This document shows positions 10,082 through 18,818 of a stretch of 64,000 bases of DNA, piece by piece (within the stretch, counting starts at the first letter, position 1; the number at the start of each line of letters is the position of its first letter). Below the pieces are notes generated by a model. That model was not told the origin of the DNA and searched no databases. It was given only the letters and a program-made list of their open reading frames with translations. This DNA comes from Candidatus Omnitrophota bacterium. GTDB taxonomy: Bacteria > Omnitrophota > Gorgyraeia > Gygaellales > UBA12090. Made by a program: the position numbers and the translations under genes. Where the stretch lies: the NCBI GenBank assembly GCA_030674475.1, contig JAUSCZ010000014.1:13938-77937 (forward strand), in the 5' to 3' direction.

Positions 10082-11047
10082 ATGTTTATAAGAAATACTG
10101 AGATAAAGATAGTTCAGGGCGATATTACTGAAATTGAGGCTGAGGCTATTGTCAACGCCGCCAATAACCAGCTTTTGATGGGAGGAGGGGTGGCCGGAGC
10201 CATTAAGAAAAAAGGCGGAAAGATAATTGAGGATGAGGCAGTTAAAAAAGGGCCGATAGAAATCGGTGAGGCGATATCCAGCCCTGCCGGGAAGCTGAAG
10301 GCGAAATATGTTATCCACGCCGCGACTATGGGAATGGATTTCAAGACCAATGAAGTAAAAATCCGCGCGGCCTGCAATAGTTCCTTAAAAGAGGCTGAAA
10401 AACTAAAAGTTCACTCAATCGCCTTTCCGGCCTTAGGTTGCGGGGTGGGCGGCTTTCCGGAAACCGGCTCAGCCAAAATTATGGCCCAGGAGATATTCCG
10501 GCATTTGTGGTTTGACCATCCGCAGACTTCTTTAAAAGAAATAACCTTTGTCCTTTTTGATAAGCCTGCTTACGATACCTTTAATAAAAATGTGCTAAGC
10601 TATCTGGAATACATCATTCATAAAATTCAACAGGGGCCGTTTATCACCGTGGATATAATAATTGAACTCTCCGCAGGCATTGTTTTGATTGAGCGTTCCA
10701 ATCCCCCTTATGGCTGGGCCATTCCCGGAGGATTCCTGGATTATAATGAGAGCCTGGAGGATTGCGCGGTGAGGGAAGCCAAAGAAGAGACCGCCTTAGA
10801 TATATATGATTTAAAACAACTGCATACTTATTCCCGCCCCGGGCGCGACCCCCGTTTTCAGACCGTAACTACTGTATTCACGGCTAAAGCTAAAGGTAAA
10901 CCCCAGGCCGGCTCCGACGCCGCCAATCTTAAGGTCGTGAAGCCGGAGGAGGCATCGAAACTTAATCTGGCCTTTGACCATAAACAGGTTATTTCAGATT
11001 ATATATCTGCGGCCAGAAAACTTCGCTCTTTTTCGTCTATCATTTAA
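10082..11047 (+). CDS. Macrodomain-Nudix hydrolase fusion
   Basis: [18 protein letters not shown] and [10 protein letters not shown], followed by the Nudix box [22 protein letters not shown] and RDPR. Confidence 0.93.
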   Translation: MFIRNTEIKIVQGDITEIEAEAIVNAANNQLLMGGGVAGAIKKKGGKIIEDEAVKKGPIEIGEAISSPAGKLKAKYVIHAATMGMDFKTNEVKIRAACNSSLKEAEKLKVHSIAFPALGCGVGGFPETGSAKIMAQEIFRHLWFDHPQTSLKEITFVLFDKPAYDTFNKNVLSYLEYIIHKIQQGPFITVDIIIELSAGIVLIERSNPPYGWAIPGGFLDYNESLEDCAVREAKEETALDIYDLKQLHTYSRPGRDPRFQTVTTVFTAKAKGKPQAGSDAANLKVVKPEEASKLNLAFDHKQVISDYISAARKLRSFSSII

Positions 11048-11161
11048 TATCAGACGGGATCCCGCAGAATGCGGGAAACAGCGGGGATGAACAATGGCCG
11101 CTTGAGTATTCCGCTTTTGAGAAACCGTTCCGCCGCCGGTGGAAGGTAAAAAGAATATTTG

Positions 11162-11190
11162 TTGACAAAAGGCACACAAGATGTTACAAT
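11162..11190 (+). promoter_or_regulatory. Sigma70 promoter of the BrnT-type TA operon
   Basis: TTGACA-17bp-TACAAT ending 9 bp before the ATG. Confidence 0.75.
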
Positions 11191-11199
11191 TATATTAGA

Positions 11200-11475
11200 A
11201 TGAAGTTATTCGAATGGAATAGCGAAAAAAATGCTCAATTAAAAGATGAACGCGGGGTATCCTTTGAGGATATTGTATTTTACATTGATAGGGGAGATGT
11301 ATTGGATATTGTTCCACACTCCCAGCAAAGTAAATATCCAGGGCAGAGGATGTTTATAATAAACATCGAGAACTACGCGTATTTAGTTCCTTTTATGGAA
11401 AGCCAGGATGTAATCTTTTTAAAGACAATAATTCCAAGCCGTAAGGCAACGAAAAAATACCTGAAGGGGCGATAG
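11200..11475 (+). CDS. BrnT-like toxin
   Basis: FEWNSEKNAQLKDERGVSFEDI and FLKTIIPSRKATKKY. Confidence 0.85.
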   Translation: MKLFEWNSEKNAQLKDERGVSFEDIVFYIDRGDVLDIVPHSQQSKYPGQRMFIINIENYAYLVPFMESQDVIFLKTIIPSRKATKKYLKGR

Positions 11476-11477
11476 AT

Positions 11478-11750
11478 ATGAAAATAAAGAAAGAGGAAAA
11501 AGAAATTCTTGAGGCTTATGAGCGGGGTACTTTTAAATCCATTCCAAATGTTAAAAAAGAAATCGCGCGGTATCGTGAATACGCGAAGTCTACTTTACGC
11601 AAGAATAAGAGAATAAATATTAGGATATCGGAAACAGATATAGTGCATATTCAACGTAAGGCTGTAGAAAACGGCCTGCCTTATCAAACATTGATATCAA
11701 GCGTGCTACATAAATACGCGAACGGAAATATCATTGAAAGCGCGGCGTAA
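11478..11750 (+). CDS. CopG/BrnA-like antitoxin
   Basis: KNKRINIRIS...GLPYQTLISSVLHKY ribbon-helix-helix. Confidence 0.85.
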   Translation: MKIKKEEKEILEAYERGTFKSIPNVKKEIARYREYAKSTLRKNKRINIRISETDIVHIQRKAVENGLPYQTLISSVLHKYANGNIIESAA

Positions 11751-12243
11751 ATTCATCTGTTTGTTTCTAGGAATAACGCCAGGATCAGCCCGCGCCAGGT
11801 GCAGAGAGATTTTAGACAACGTTAAGGTATTATGGGGAATCGCATTTCATGCTATTATAGACAAAGCGCGAAATCCAGAAATACATTTTGTGCTTGAAAG
11901 ACGAAAGTGCAGAGTGGTGTAAAAACCCATAAAAAGCGAATTCGTATATTAATTGTTAGGCATAAAAATTATGGAAATAAAAATTAAATTTATATTATCA
12001 CAAAAGATCCACCCGAAATTTCAAAATTTAACTATTGGGAAATACACTATTGAACCCTTGCCATCAAGTGGTCCCAATTTACAACAAGCATTCTTATAAC
12101 ATACTGGATTACTTATTTAATTTTCTCAGATAAAAAAACATAACAATTCGCTTCAGCGGATTGTGGCCCGAGCTGGAAGTGAAAAGGGGTCGGAGTGGAA
12201 TTCCCCTAATAAAATGGACACTTTTTAACATAGGAGAGGTAAT

Positions 12244-13287
12244 ATGTTACGCTATTTAACCGCGGGAGAGTCGCATGGGGAGGCCTTGATGGCTATTTTG
12301 GAGGGCCTGCCTGGCGGATTAAGGGTGGATAAGGAAAAAATTGATCAGGATTTAGCCCGCAGGCAGGCTGGTTATGGCCGGGGAGCGCGGATGCAGATTG
12401 AAAGAGATAAGGTTGAGGTCCTCTGCGGCTTGTATAAGGGTAAGACCATTGCCAGCCCTGTGGGGATTTTGATTAGGAATAAGGATTTTAGCTTAGATAA
12501 ACAGGCGGAAATTCTTAATCCCCGCCCCGGGCACGCGGATTTGGCCGGACTTTTAAAATATGGTTTTGAGGACGCGCGTCCGGTTTTAGAAAGGGCATCA
12601 GCCCGCTCAACTGCCGCGGCGGTGGCAGTGGGGGCGATAGGTAAGATTTTCTTGAATGAATTTGCTATTGAGATGAGCTCCCGGGTTTTAAATATCGGCG
12701 GTAAAACTACTGAAAAGGAAAGGCATAAGGCGATAGACGCGGCCAAAAGTAAAGGAGACAGCTTAGGCGGTGTATTTGAGTTAATTATTAAGGGCGTGCC
12801 TTGCGGCTTAGGCAGTTATGTTCAATTTGACCGGCGTTTGAATGCCCGCCTGTCTTACGCGCTGATGTCCATTCCCGGAATCAAGGCAGTTGAATTCGGC
12901 CTGGGTTTTGGTTATGGCTATAAATCCGGTTCTCAGACGCACGATGTAATCTGTTATTCTAAAGACAAAGGCTATTACCGCAAAACCAATAATGCCGGAG
13001 GCATCGAAGGCGGGATTTCTAACGGCGAGGATATAGTTATCCGCTGCTGCATGAAGCCGATTGCCACCTTGGCTAAGCCCTTAGCCTCGGTAGATATAAA
13101 AACCAAAAAGGCCGTTCCCGCCTCTATCCAACGCGCCGATACCTGCGCGGTGGAGGCCGCCGGGGTGGTGGCTGAGGCAGTCTCAGCCTTAGAAATCGCT
13201 AACACCTTATTGGAGAAATTCGGCGGGGATTGTTTAGCGGATATTAAACAAGCCTTTCGTGCTTACCTTAAAAGAATTAGTCAATAG
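12244..13287 (+). CDS. aroC: Chorismate synthase
   Basis: TAGESHG, RPGHAD, ERASAR and NNAGGIEGGISNG motifs. Confidence 0.97.
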   Translation: MLRYLTAGESHGEALMAILEGLPGGLRVDKEKIDQDLARRQAGYGRGARMQIERDKVEVLCGLYKGKTIASPVGILIRNKDFSLDKQAEILNPRPGHADLAGLLKYGFEDARPVLERASARSTAAAVAVGAIGKIFLNEFAIEMSSRVLNIGGKTTEKERHKAIDAAKSKGDSLGGVFELIIKGVPCGLGSYVQFDRRLNARLSYALMSIPGIKAVEFGLGFGYGYKSGSQTHDVICYSKDKGYYRKTNNAGGIEGGISNGEDIVIRCCMKPIATLAKPLASVDIKTKKAVPASIQRADTCAVEAAGVVAEAVSALEIANTLLEKFGGDCLADIKQAFRAYLKRISQ

Positions 13288-13855
13288 ATGCGTCAATAAA
13301 GACAAGTCCGCCTGGAGTGAGTTTGTCCCGCGGTTTCGTCCCGTAGTTGAGAAGTCTGTCCGCTCCAGGCTCGCCCGCCATAATTTTCCCCACACTACAG
13401 AAGACCTAAAAGATATTACCCAAGGGATATTTCTGGATATCTGGGAAAAGAATAAATTAGCGTTAGTTAAAGATGAAGATAAAATTACCGGCTGGCTGGT
13501 GGTAGTCGCGCAAAATGCCGCGATTGACTATATCCGCTCACAGGCAAAATTTAACCGCCAGCGCTCGGTGTGCGCTAATGAAGATGGCGGAGTAAATGAT
13601 ATCTTGAATATTCTGCCTTCAGAAACCAATCTTTCCCAGGAATTAGCCAAAGGGGACTTAGCTGAAGCAGTAGATGAGTTGATTAACGCCCTGGAGCCGA
13701 GAGAGAAACTGATTCTAAGGCTGAATATCCAGCACAACCAGACTCATAAGGAAATCGCGATTTTTTTGAATATCCCTATTAACACCGTTTCCAGCATTCT
13801 GCGCCGGACAATGATTAGTTTTAGGGAGGATTTGAATAAAAAGGGATATATTTAA
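13259..13855 (+). CDS. ECF-type RNA polymerase sigma factor
   Basis: Region 2 (DLKDITQGIFLDIW, WLVVVAQNAAIDYIR) and region 4 (THKEIAIFLNIPINTVSS). Confidence 0.88.
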   Translation: MLTLKELVNRCVNKDKSAWSEFVPRFRPVVEKSVRSRLARHNFPHTTEDLKDITQGIFLDIWEKNKLALVKDEDKITGWLVVVAQNAAIDYIRSQAKFNRQRSVCANEDGGVNDILNILPSETNLSQELAKGDLAEAVDELINALEPREKLILRLNIQHNQTHKEIAIFLNIPINTVSSILRRTMISFREDLNKKGYI

Positions 13856-13900
13856 AATATTTTTGCACGAAAACAGCCGATTCTTACGTCTTAATAAGTA
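13855..13900 (+). promoter_or_regulatory. Putative ECF promoter copy 1 (TGCACG-N17-CGTCT) upstream of the anti-sigma gene
   Basis: About 46-bp near-identical repeat of 14348-14393; CGTC -10 core is typical of ECF promoters. Confidence 0.7.
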
Positions 13901-13910
13901 GGGAGGGAAT

Positions 13911-14369
13911 ATGCCGGATTTAACCAGGATAATCAAAAATGGCTTTAGCCGCACCTCATGCGGCCTTAAAAAGACTCCGCAGTGCCCGTCAGAGCTGGAG
14001 CTGGGTAAATATTTGGATAAGTCCGCCTCTGTCAGCCAGAAAGACAGGATTGAAAGACATCTGGCGAACTGCGGCTATTGCTTAGATTTATTGGTTACGG
14101 CTAAAAAGGCGCTGAAAGATTCCCCAAAAAAGCCGAATGTTCTCCAGGCCCTAAATCAGCAGAAGTGGTTTATCTTAAGTATGCTGAGCTTAGGAATGTC
14201 CTTCTTTATCAAAAGGTATTTCTTCCAATTCCTTACCCTGAGCCTCATCTTTGGCCTTAAATGGGCCCTGAGCGCCGAAGGCAGCCGGAACCTGGTAATG
14301 ATTTTCCGTAGTCTGGGCCAAAAAGATACGGCGGATAGCAAAAAAGAAAATATTTTTGCACGAAAATAG
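13911..14369 (+). CDS. Zinc-finger (zf-HC2) anti-sigma factor with transmembrane segments
   Basis: C...HLANCGYC ZAS motif and hydrophobic C-terminal half. Confidence 0.85.
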   Translation: MPDLTRIIKNGFSRTSCGLKKTPQCPSELELGKYLDKSASVSQKDRIERHLANCGYCLDLLVTAKKALKDSPKKPNVLQALNQQKWFILSMLSLGMSFFIKRYFFQFLTLSLIFGLKWALSAEGSRNLVMIFRSLGQKDTADSKKENIFARK

Positions 14370-14393
14370 CCATTTCTTACGTCTATATAAGTA
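14348..14393 (+). promoter_or_regulatory. Putative ECF promoter copy 2 upstream of spoVG
   Basis: Repeat of 13855-13900 with the same spacing. Confidence 0.7.
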
Positions 14394-14503
14394 AGGACAG
14401 AAATTATGGCAGGAAAGGCTGTAATTGGGATGTCCGAAACTTATCCCGCCGCTTTGCTTCGGAAAACGAAGCTGGGGGGTGCATTTGAGTAGGAGGTGGC
14501 AAG

Positions 14504-14767
14504 ATGGTAGAGGCAAGCGATATTCAGGTGGCTCGGCTCTTTAGGGTCGAGAAGGAAGGCAGTAAGCTTAAGGCCTTTGTAGATTTAGCCATAGGCGGCT
14601 GTCTCATTGTCAAAGGGTTTAAGATAATGCAAGGCCAGGAAGGCTTGTTTGTAAGTATGCCCAGCCAGCCAGGCAAAGACGGTAAATGGTATCAAGTGGC
14701 CTTGCCTGCCACTAAAGAAAAAGGACAGGAGATCAGCGAAATAATCCTCTCGGCCTACAGAGAATAA
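14504..14767 (+). CDS. spoVG: SpoVG family nucleic-acid-binding protein
   Basis: KLKAFVD, IVKGFKI and GLFVSMPS motifs; AGGAGG ribosome-binding site. Confidence 0.88.
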   Translation: MVEASDIQVARLFRVEKEGSKLKAFVDLAIGGCLIVKGFKIMQGQEGLFVSMPSQPGKDGKWYQVALPATKEKGQEISEIILSAYRE

Positions 14768-14805
14768 ACAACAGTTTGCTTTATTTTAGCGTTAAGGTAA
14801 AATAA

Positions 14806-14850
14806 CCATAAAATAGGGATAGCTTGTTATAGCTACCCCTATTTTATGGT
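14806..14850. terminator. Long hairpin after spoVG, probable terminator
   Basis: ACCATAAAATAGGG.TAGCT...AGCTA.CCCTATTTTATGGT. Confidence 0.65.
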
Positions 14851-15015
14851 GAAGAAAAATGGTAACATTAGTCAGATGGTAATTCTTGTTGTTTAGAGTT
14901 TCCTGTAATATAATTTAAGGTATTATGCGATGTAAATCGCTTCACGGTGAGGCAATGGTTAAGCGGTAAGATTGTTAAAATAGCAATAAGATTGTGTTAT
15001 TGCAGGGGGGATTCA

Positions 15016-15171
15016 ATGCTTATGGACAATCAAACTAAACAGAATATCCGTATTGTTTTAGAGTATCTTTGGCGCGATGAAGAACGGCACTATCTTGAAA
15101 GCCGGGAGTGCAAGAAGCATATTTTTCATATTTTAAAGCATTTAGCAAAAGTTGTTAAATATGAACCTTGA
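15016..15171 (+). CDS. Small hypothetical protein
   Basis: ORF preceded by a GGGGG ribosome-binding site; overlaps the start of the DpnI-like gene. Confidence 0.5.
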   Translation: MLMDNQTKQNIRIVLEYLWRDEERHYLESRECKKHIFHILKHLAKVVKYEP

Positions 15172-15931
15172 TTTGGATAAGCGAGCAGTTGAGTCCTATA
15201 AAAGCTCTTCACAAAGGGCGAGAGTTTTAACTGAGGCGTGGGTTAATAAAGAGGCTTATTGCCCTAATTGTGGTAATGCGCGTCTTACTAAATATTCTAA
15301 TAATAAGCCTGTTGCCGACTTCTTTTGTAGAAGTTGCAATGAGGATTTCGAACTTAAAAGCAAAAAGGATTCATTCGGAGCTAAAATTGTCGATGGGGAT
15401 TATCAAGCAATGCTTAAGAGATTAGCTGATGTTCATAATCCAAACTTCTTTTTGTTAAATTACGATTTATGTTCATATCAGGTTTTAAATTTCTTTGTGA
15501 TCCCAAAGCACTTTTTTGTTCCTGAAATCATCGAGGAGAGGAAACCCCTCTCAATTGACGCGGAGAGAGCGGAATGGATAGGGTGCAATATTTTATTAAG
15601 CAGAATGCCTGAAGCAGGCAGGATTTTCTTGGTTAAGGATGGACAGGTCAAACCAAAAGAAGATGTTTGCGCGGTTTGGCAAAAAACTCTATTTTTACGG
15701 GAAAAAAAGAAGGCTGAATCGAGAGGCTGGATTTTGGATGTTATGCGCTGCATTGAAGCGGTTCGCAAGAAGGAGTTTACCCTTGCGGACATTTATAAGT
15801 TTGAGTCTATACTGTTTGAACAACACCCTGACAACAGGCATATAAAAGATAAAATTAGACAGCAGCTTCAAATATTGCGAGACAAAGGCTATTTGGTATT
15901 TTTGGGAAAAGGCAGATATGGATTAGCGTGA
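15161..15931 (+). CDS. DpnI-like (Dam-replacing protein family) methyl-directed restriction endonuclease
   Basis: SQRARVLTEAWV, YCPNCG, NNKPVADFFC, FELKSKK and C-terminal winged helix NRHIKDKIRQQLQILRD. Confidence 0.9.
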   Translation: MNLDLDKRAVESYKSSSQRARVLTEAWVNKEAYCPNCGNARLTKYSNNKPVADFFCRSCNEDFELKSKKDSFGAKIVDGDYQAMLKRLADVHNPNFFLLNYDLCSYQVLNFFVIPKHFFVPEIIEERKPLSIDAERAEWIGCNILLSRMPEAGRIFLVKDGQVKPKEDVCAVWQKTLFLREKKKAESRGWILDVMRCIEAVRKKEFTLADIYKFESILFEQHPDNRHIKDKIRQQLQILRDKGYLVFLGKGRYGLA

Positions 15932-16202
15932 TTAAAATTCAGCATAATTGTTCAACGACGAGATACTGGGGCGCGCGTGAGAAAGATTTTTTACTGATTA
16001 TGCATGAACATCTTTTTATATTTAGAAAGATAGGAATTGGGGAGGATAAAGCTATTTTTAGAGATAGCATTATAAGTAATGAATAAAGGCTTAAAGAAGA
16101 AAATTCTTGAAATCGCATTTTGACATTTCAAGTTTTGGTATCGTATTCTGCGATACCAAATTAGAGAGGAAAGGTTTGTGAAACAAAAATAGAAAGCGTC
16201 AA

Positions 16203-16534
16203 TAACATATTTAATTCCACGAGAAGTTATAGAAAACAAAATATTTCTAATCAGGGGTAAAAAAGTAATGCTGGATAGAAATCTGGCAATGCTGTATGAA
16301 GTGCCGCCCAAAAGATTAAATGAACAGGTAAAAAGAAATATTAAAAGATTCCCCAAGGATTTTATGTTCCAATTAACAAAAGAGGAAACAGATTCTTTAA
16401 GGTCGCAAATTGCGACCTTAAAAAGAGGGCAATATTCGAAGTACTCTTTCACTGAGCATGGAATTTTGATGCTCTCAAGCGTCCTTAATAGTGAAAAATT
16501 ATGGCAGAAAAAAGAGCCAGTATTAAAGGCTTAA
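16203..16534 (+). pseudogene. ORF6N-domain (phage antirepressor-type) gene remnant
   Basis: IENKIFLIRGKKVMLD...LNEQVKRNIKRFPKDFMFQLT...FTEHGILMLSSVLNS; no good start, LPYA motif deleted, C-terminus truncated. Confidence 0.8.
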
Positions 16535-16950
16535 AGAAGAAAATTCTTAAGGTTATCAAAGGAAGCAAATTGGCCAGCCTGGCTACTGTTGTTAATGGTA
16601 AGCCGTGGGTAAGATATGTGGTTGCTCGTAGTGAAGGGTTAACCCTCTATATCTGCACCTTTAAGGATTCGCGAAAGGTTAAGCAGATTAAGAAAAATCC
16701 CAAGGTGCATATTACTATTGGCGGGAGTATGGAGAATATGGAGGCTCCCTATGTCCAGATTGCGGCTTGTGCCAAGGCGCGCTCTGACGCGGGGATTAGA
16801 AAGAGATTCTGGATGCCGTTTATGAGAAAATACTATACCGGCGTAGATGACCCTCAGTATGTGGTTATTGAGGTTCGGCCAGTGCTAATAGAATATATGA
16901 GCACAGAAACCCATACGCCGCAGATATATAAGGTTGGTAGAAGGAAGTAG
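16501..16950 (+). CDS. Pyridoxamine 5'-phosphate oxidase-like FMN-binding protein (general stress protein 26-like)
   Basis: LATVVNGKPWVR, SRKVKQIKKNPKV and DDPQYVVI motifs. Confidence 0.85.
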   Translation: MAEKRASIKGLKKKILKVIKGSKLASLATVVNGKPWVRYVVARSEGLTLYICTFKDSRKVKQIKKNPKVHITIGGSMENMEAPYVQIAACAKARSDAGIRKRFWMPFMRKYYTGVDDPQYVVIEVRPVLIEYMSTETHTPQIYKVGRRK

Positions 16951-16996
16951 CGTTGGTATAAGTAGTGATTTAACCTATTGATTATAAGAGAGTTGC

Positions 16997-17028
16997 AAAA
17001 ACTCGCCTCACCAAGGGGCGGGTTTTTG
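16997..17028 (+). terminator. Intrinsic terminator
   Basis: AAAAACTCGCCTC-acca-AGGGGCGGGTTTTT. Confidence 0.7.
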
Positions 17029-17030
17029 TT

Positions 17031-17059
17031 TTGACAGACCTTCCTATATATGTTAAACT
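17031..17059 (+). promoter_or_regulatory. Sigma70 promoter for aroK-dprA-topA
   Basis: TTGACA-17bp-TAAACT with an extended TG. Confidence 0.7.
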
Positions 17060-17068
17060 TATGAGGTT

Positions 17069-17572
17069 ATGCGAAATATATACTTAACCGGCTTTATGGG
17101 GACGGGTAAGACTTCAGCCGCCCGGGAAATAGCCGGGATGTTGGGCTTAAAGTTTATAGATTTAGACGAGCTGATTGTTAAAAAAGAAGGCCGTAGCATA
17201 AATGATGTTTTTGCCCAAGACGGCGAGCCGTATTTTCGTAAAGCTGAGAAGGAGGCTTTAAGGGAAGTTTCTCAAGCTAACAGCCAGGTTGTCTCCTGCG
17301 GCGGGGGAATAGTAATTGATCCGGAAAATATTGCCATTATGAAGCAGAGTGGAAGGTTTATCGCTCTTACCGCCTGTCCGGAAGTTATTTTTGAGCGCAT
17401 CAAGAAAGAAACTCAGCGGCCGCTTCTAAATACCGCGGATCCCTTAGCTAAGATAAATGAACTGCTTACTATCCGCAAGCCCTATTATGATCAGGCCGAG
17501 TTTGTAATAGATACCTCGGATATATCTGTCCAAGAGGCGGCAGAGAAGGTAATTAAGCTGATAAATGACTGA
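17069..17572 (+). CDS. aroK: Shikimate kinase
   Basis: GFMGTGKT P-loop, GEPYFR, SCGGG and RPLL motifs. Confidence 0.96.
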   Translation: MRNIYLTGFMGTGKTSAAREIAGMLGLKFIDLDELIVKKEGRSINDVFAQDGEPYFRKAEKEALREVSQANSQVVSCGGGIVIDPENIAIMKQSGRFIALTACPEVIFERIKKETQRPLLNTADPLAKINELLTIRKPYYDQAEFVIDTSDISVQEAAEKVIKLIND

Positions 17573-18701
17573 AAGAGAAGCGCTGATAGCTTTGAATTTA
17601 ATTCCGGATATTGGAAGTATCCGCTTAAAGAATCTGCGGGAAGCCTTTGGCAGCGCGCCTAAGATATTTCTTAATTCGAAGGATTCACTTAAAAGGGTGG
17701 ATAAAATCGGAGACAAGATTGCCTCCGCTATTGCCGGGTTCTCCTTTGAGAGCCTGAAAAAAGAATTAGAATTAGCCGACAAGCTAAAGATTCAGGTAAT
17801 AACCCTGCGGGATAAGGATTATCCGCAAAGCCTCAAAGAAATTTATGACCCTCCTCTGTGCCTTTATGTTAAAGGCGGGTTATTGCCGTCGGATGTAGTG
17901 TCTTTGGCGATTGTCGGCAGTCGCCGGGCTTCTTATTACGGATTATCCTGCGCGCAAAATTTTGCTTACTCTTTAGCCGGAGCCGGGATTACCATTGTTT
18001 CCGGCCTGGCCCGGGGTATTGATACCCAGGCTCATAAGGGGGTCTTGAAAGCCAAAGGAAGGACAATAGCGGTTTTAGGCAGCGGCTTGAATTGTATCTA
18101 TCCTCCGGAAAATAAGAATTTGGCCGAGAAAATAGCCGAGAGCGGGGCGGTGGTTTCAGAATTTCCTTTAAACACCGAGCCGCTGGCCAGGAATTTTCCC
18201 CGGCGTAACCGGATCATCAGCGGCCTGTCTTTAGGGACGATTGTGGTTGAGGCCGCCAAAAACAGCGGCGCCCTGATTACCGCGGACTTTGCCCTGGAGC
18301 AGGGAAAAGATGTGTTCGCTATTCCGGGAAGCGTTACTTCCGCGACTTCCTTTGGCACAAACCAGCTGATTAAGCAAGGGGCAAAATTAGTTGACAGCGT
18401 TGAGGATATAATTGAGGAGCTAAGGCCAAGATTAGAAAATCTACTTAAGAATAAACCAATCTGTCCAATATCTGAACCTGAGACAAGAGAGGCGGTAGGT
18501 GTTAAACACAGCGGAAATAAAGCTTTAAGCGAAGAAGAGAAGAAAGTCCATAATCTATTAGAGAGTGAAAAAGCGCGTTATGTAGATGAGATTATTGAAA
18601 ATAGCGGTTTATCCAGCGCGAAGGTGATGAGTATACTCTTGAGGTTAGAAATAAATAAGCTAATCAAACAGCTTCCCGGAAAGATGTTTATAAGACAGTA
18701 A
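17565..18701 (+). CDS. dprA: DNA-processing protein DprA
   Basis: IVGSR, VSGLARGID, FPRRNRIISGLS and SGALITA motifs. Confidence 0.96.
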   Translation: MTEREALIALNLIPDIGSIRLKNLREAFGSAPKIFLNSKDSLKRVDKIGDKIASAIAGFSFESLKKELELADKLKIQVITLRDKDYPQSLKEIYDPPLCLYVKGGLLPSDVVSLAIVGSRRASYYGLSCAQNFAYSLAGAGITIVSGLARGIDTQAHKGVLKAKGRTIAVLGSGLNCIYPPENKNLAEKIAESGAVVSEFPLNTEPLARNFPRRNRIISGLSLGTIVVEAAKNSGALITADFALEQGKDVFAIPGSVTSATSFGTNQLIKQGAKLVDSVEDIIEELRPRLENLLKNKPICPISEPETREAVGVKHSGNKALSEEEKKVHNLLESEKARYVDEIIENSGLSSAKVMSILLRLEINKLIKQLPGKMFIRQ

Positions 18702-18756
18702 GGCAATGCCTGCCTGCCGGCAGGCAGGGTTTGGCTTCCTATAGCCAAAGCCATAA
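18701..18756 (+). repeat. 42/43-bp-family element carrying the 20-bp palindrome CCTGCCTGCCGGCAGGCAGG (18709-18728)
   Basis: Removing the 20-mer restores AGGCAATG|GTTTGGCTTCC..AGCCAAAGCCATAAG, which matches 32365-32414. Confidence 0.8.
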
Positions 18757-18818
18757 GAAGTGAGGAGTTACGCGCCTCGCCATTTGGCGGCGGCTGACAA
18801 ACTAAAAGGAGTTAAAGA

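Noticed and set aside
14400-14495. Riboswitch in the spoVG leader
   Set aside because: A hairpin is present but no known aptamer consensus could be recognised by eye.
14903-14933. dif-like XerCD site
   Set aside because: The gap between ATAA and TTAT is 9 bp rather than 6, and the XerD arm match is poor.
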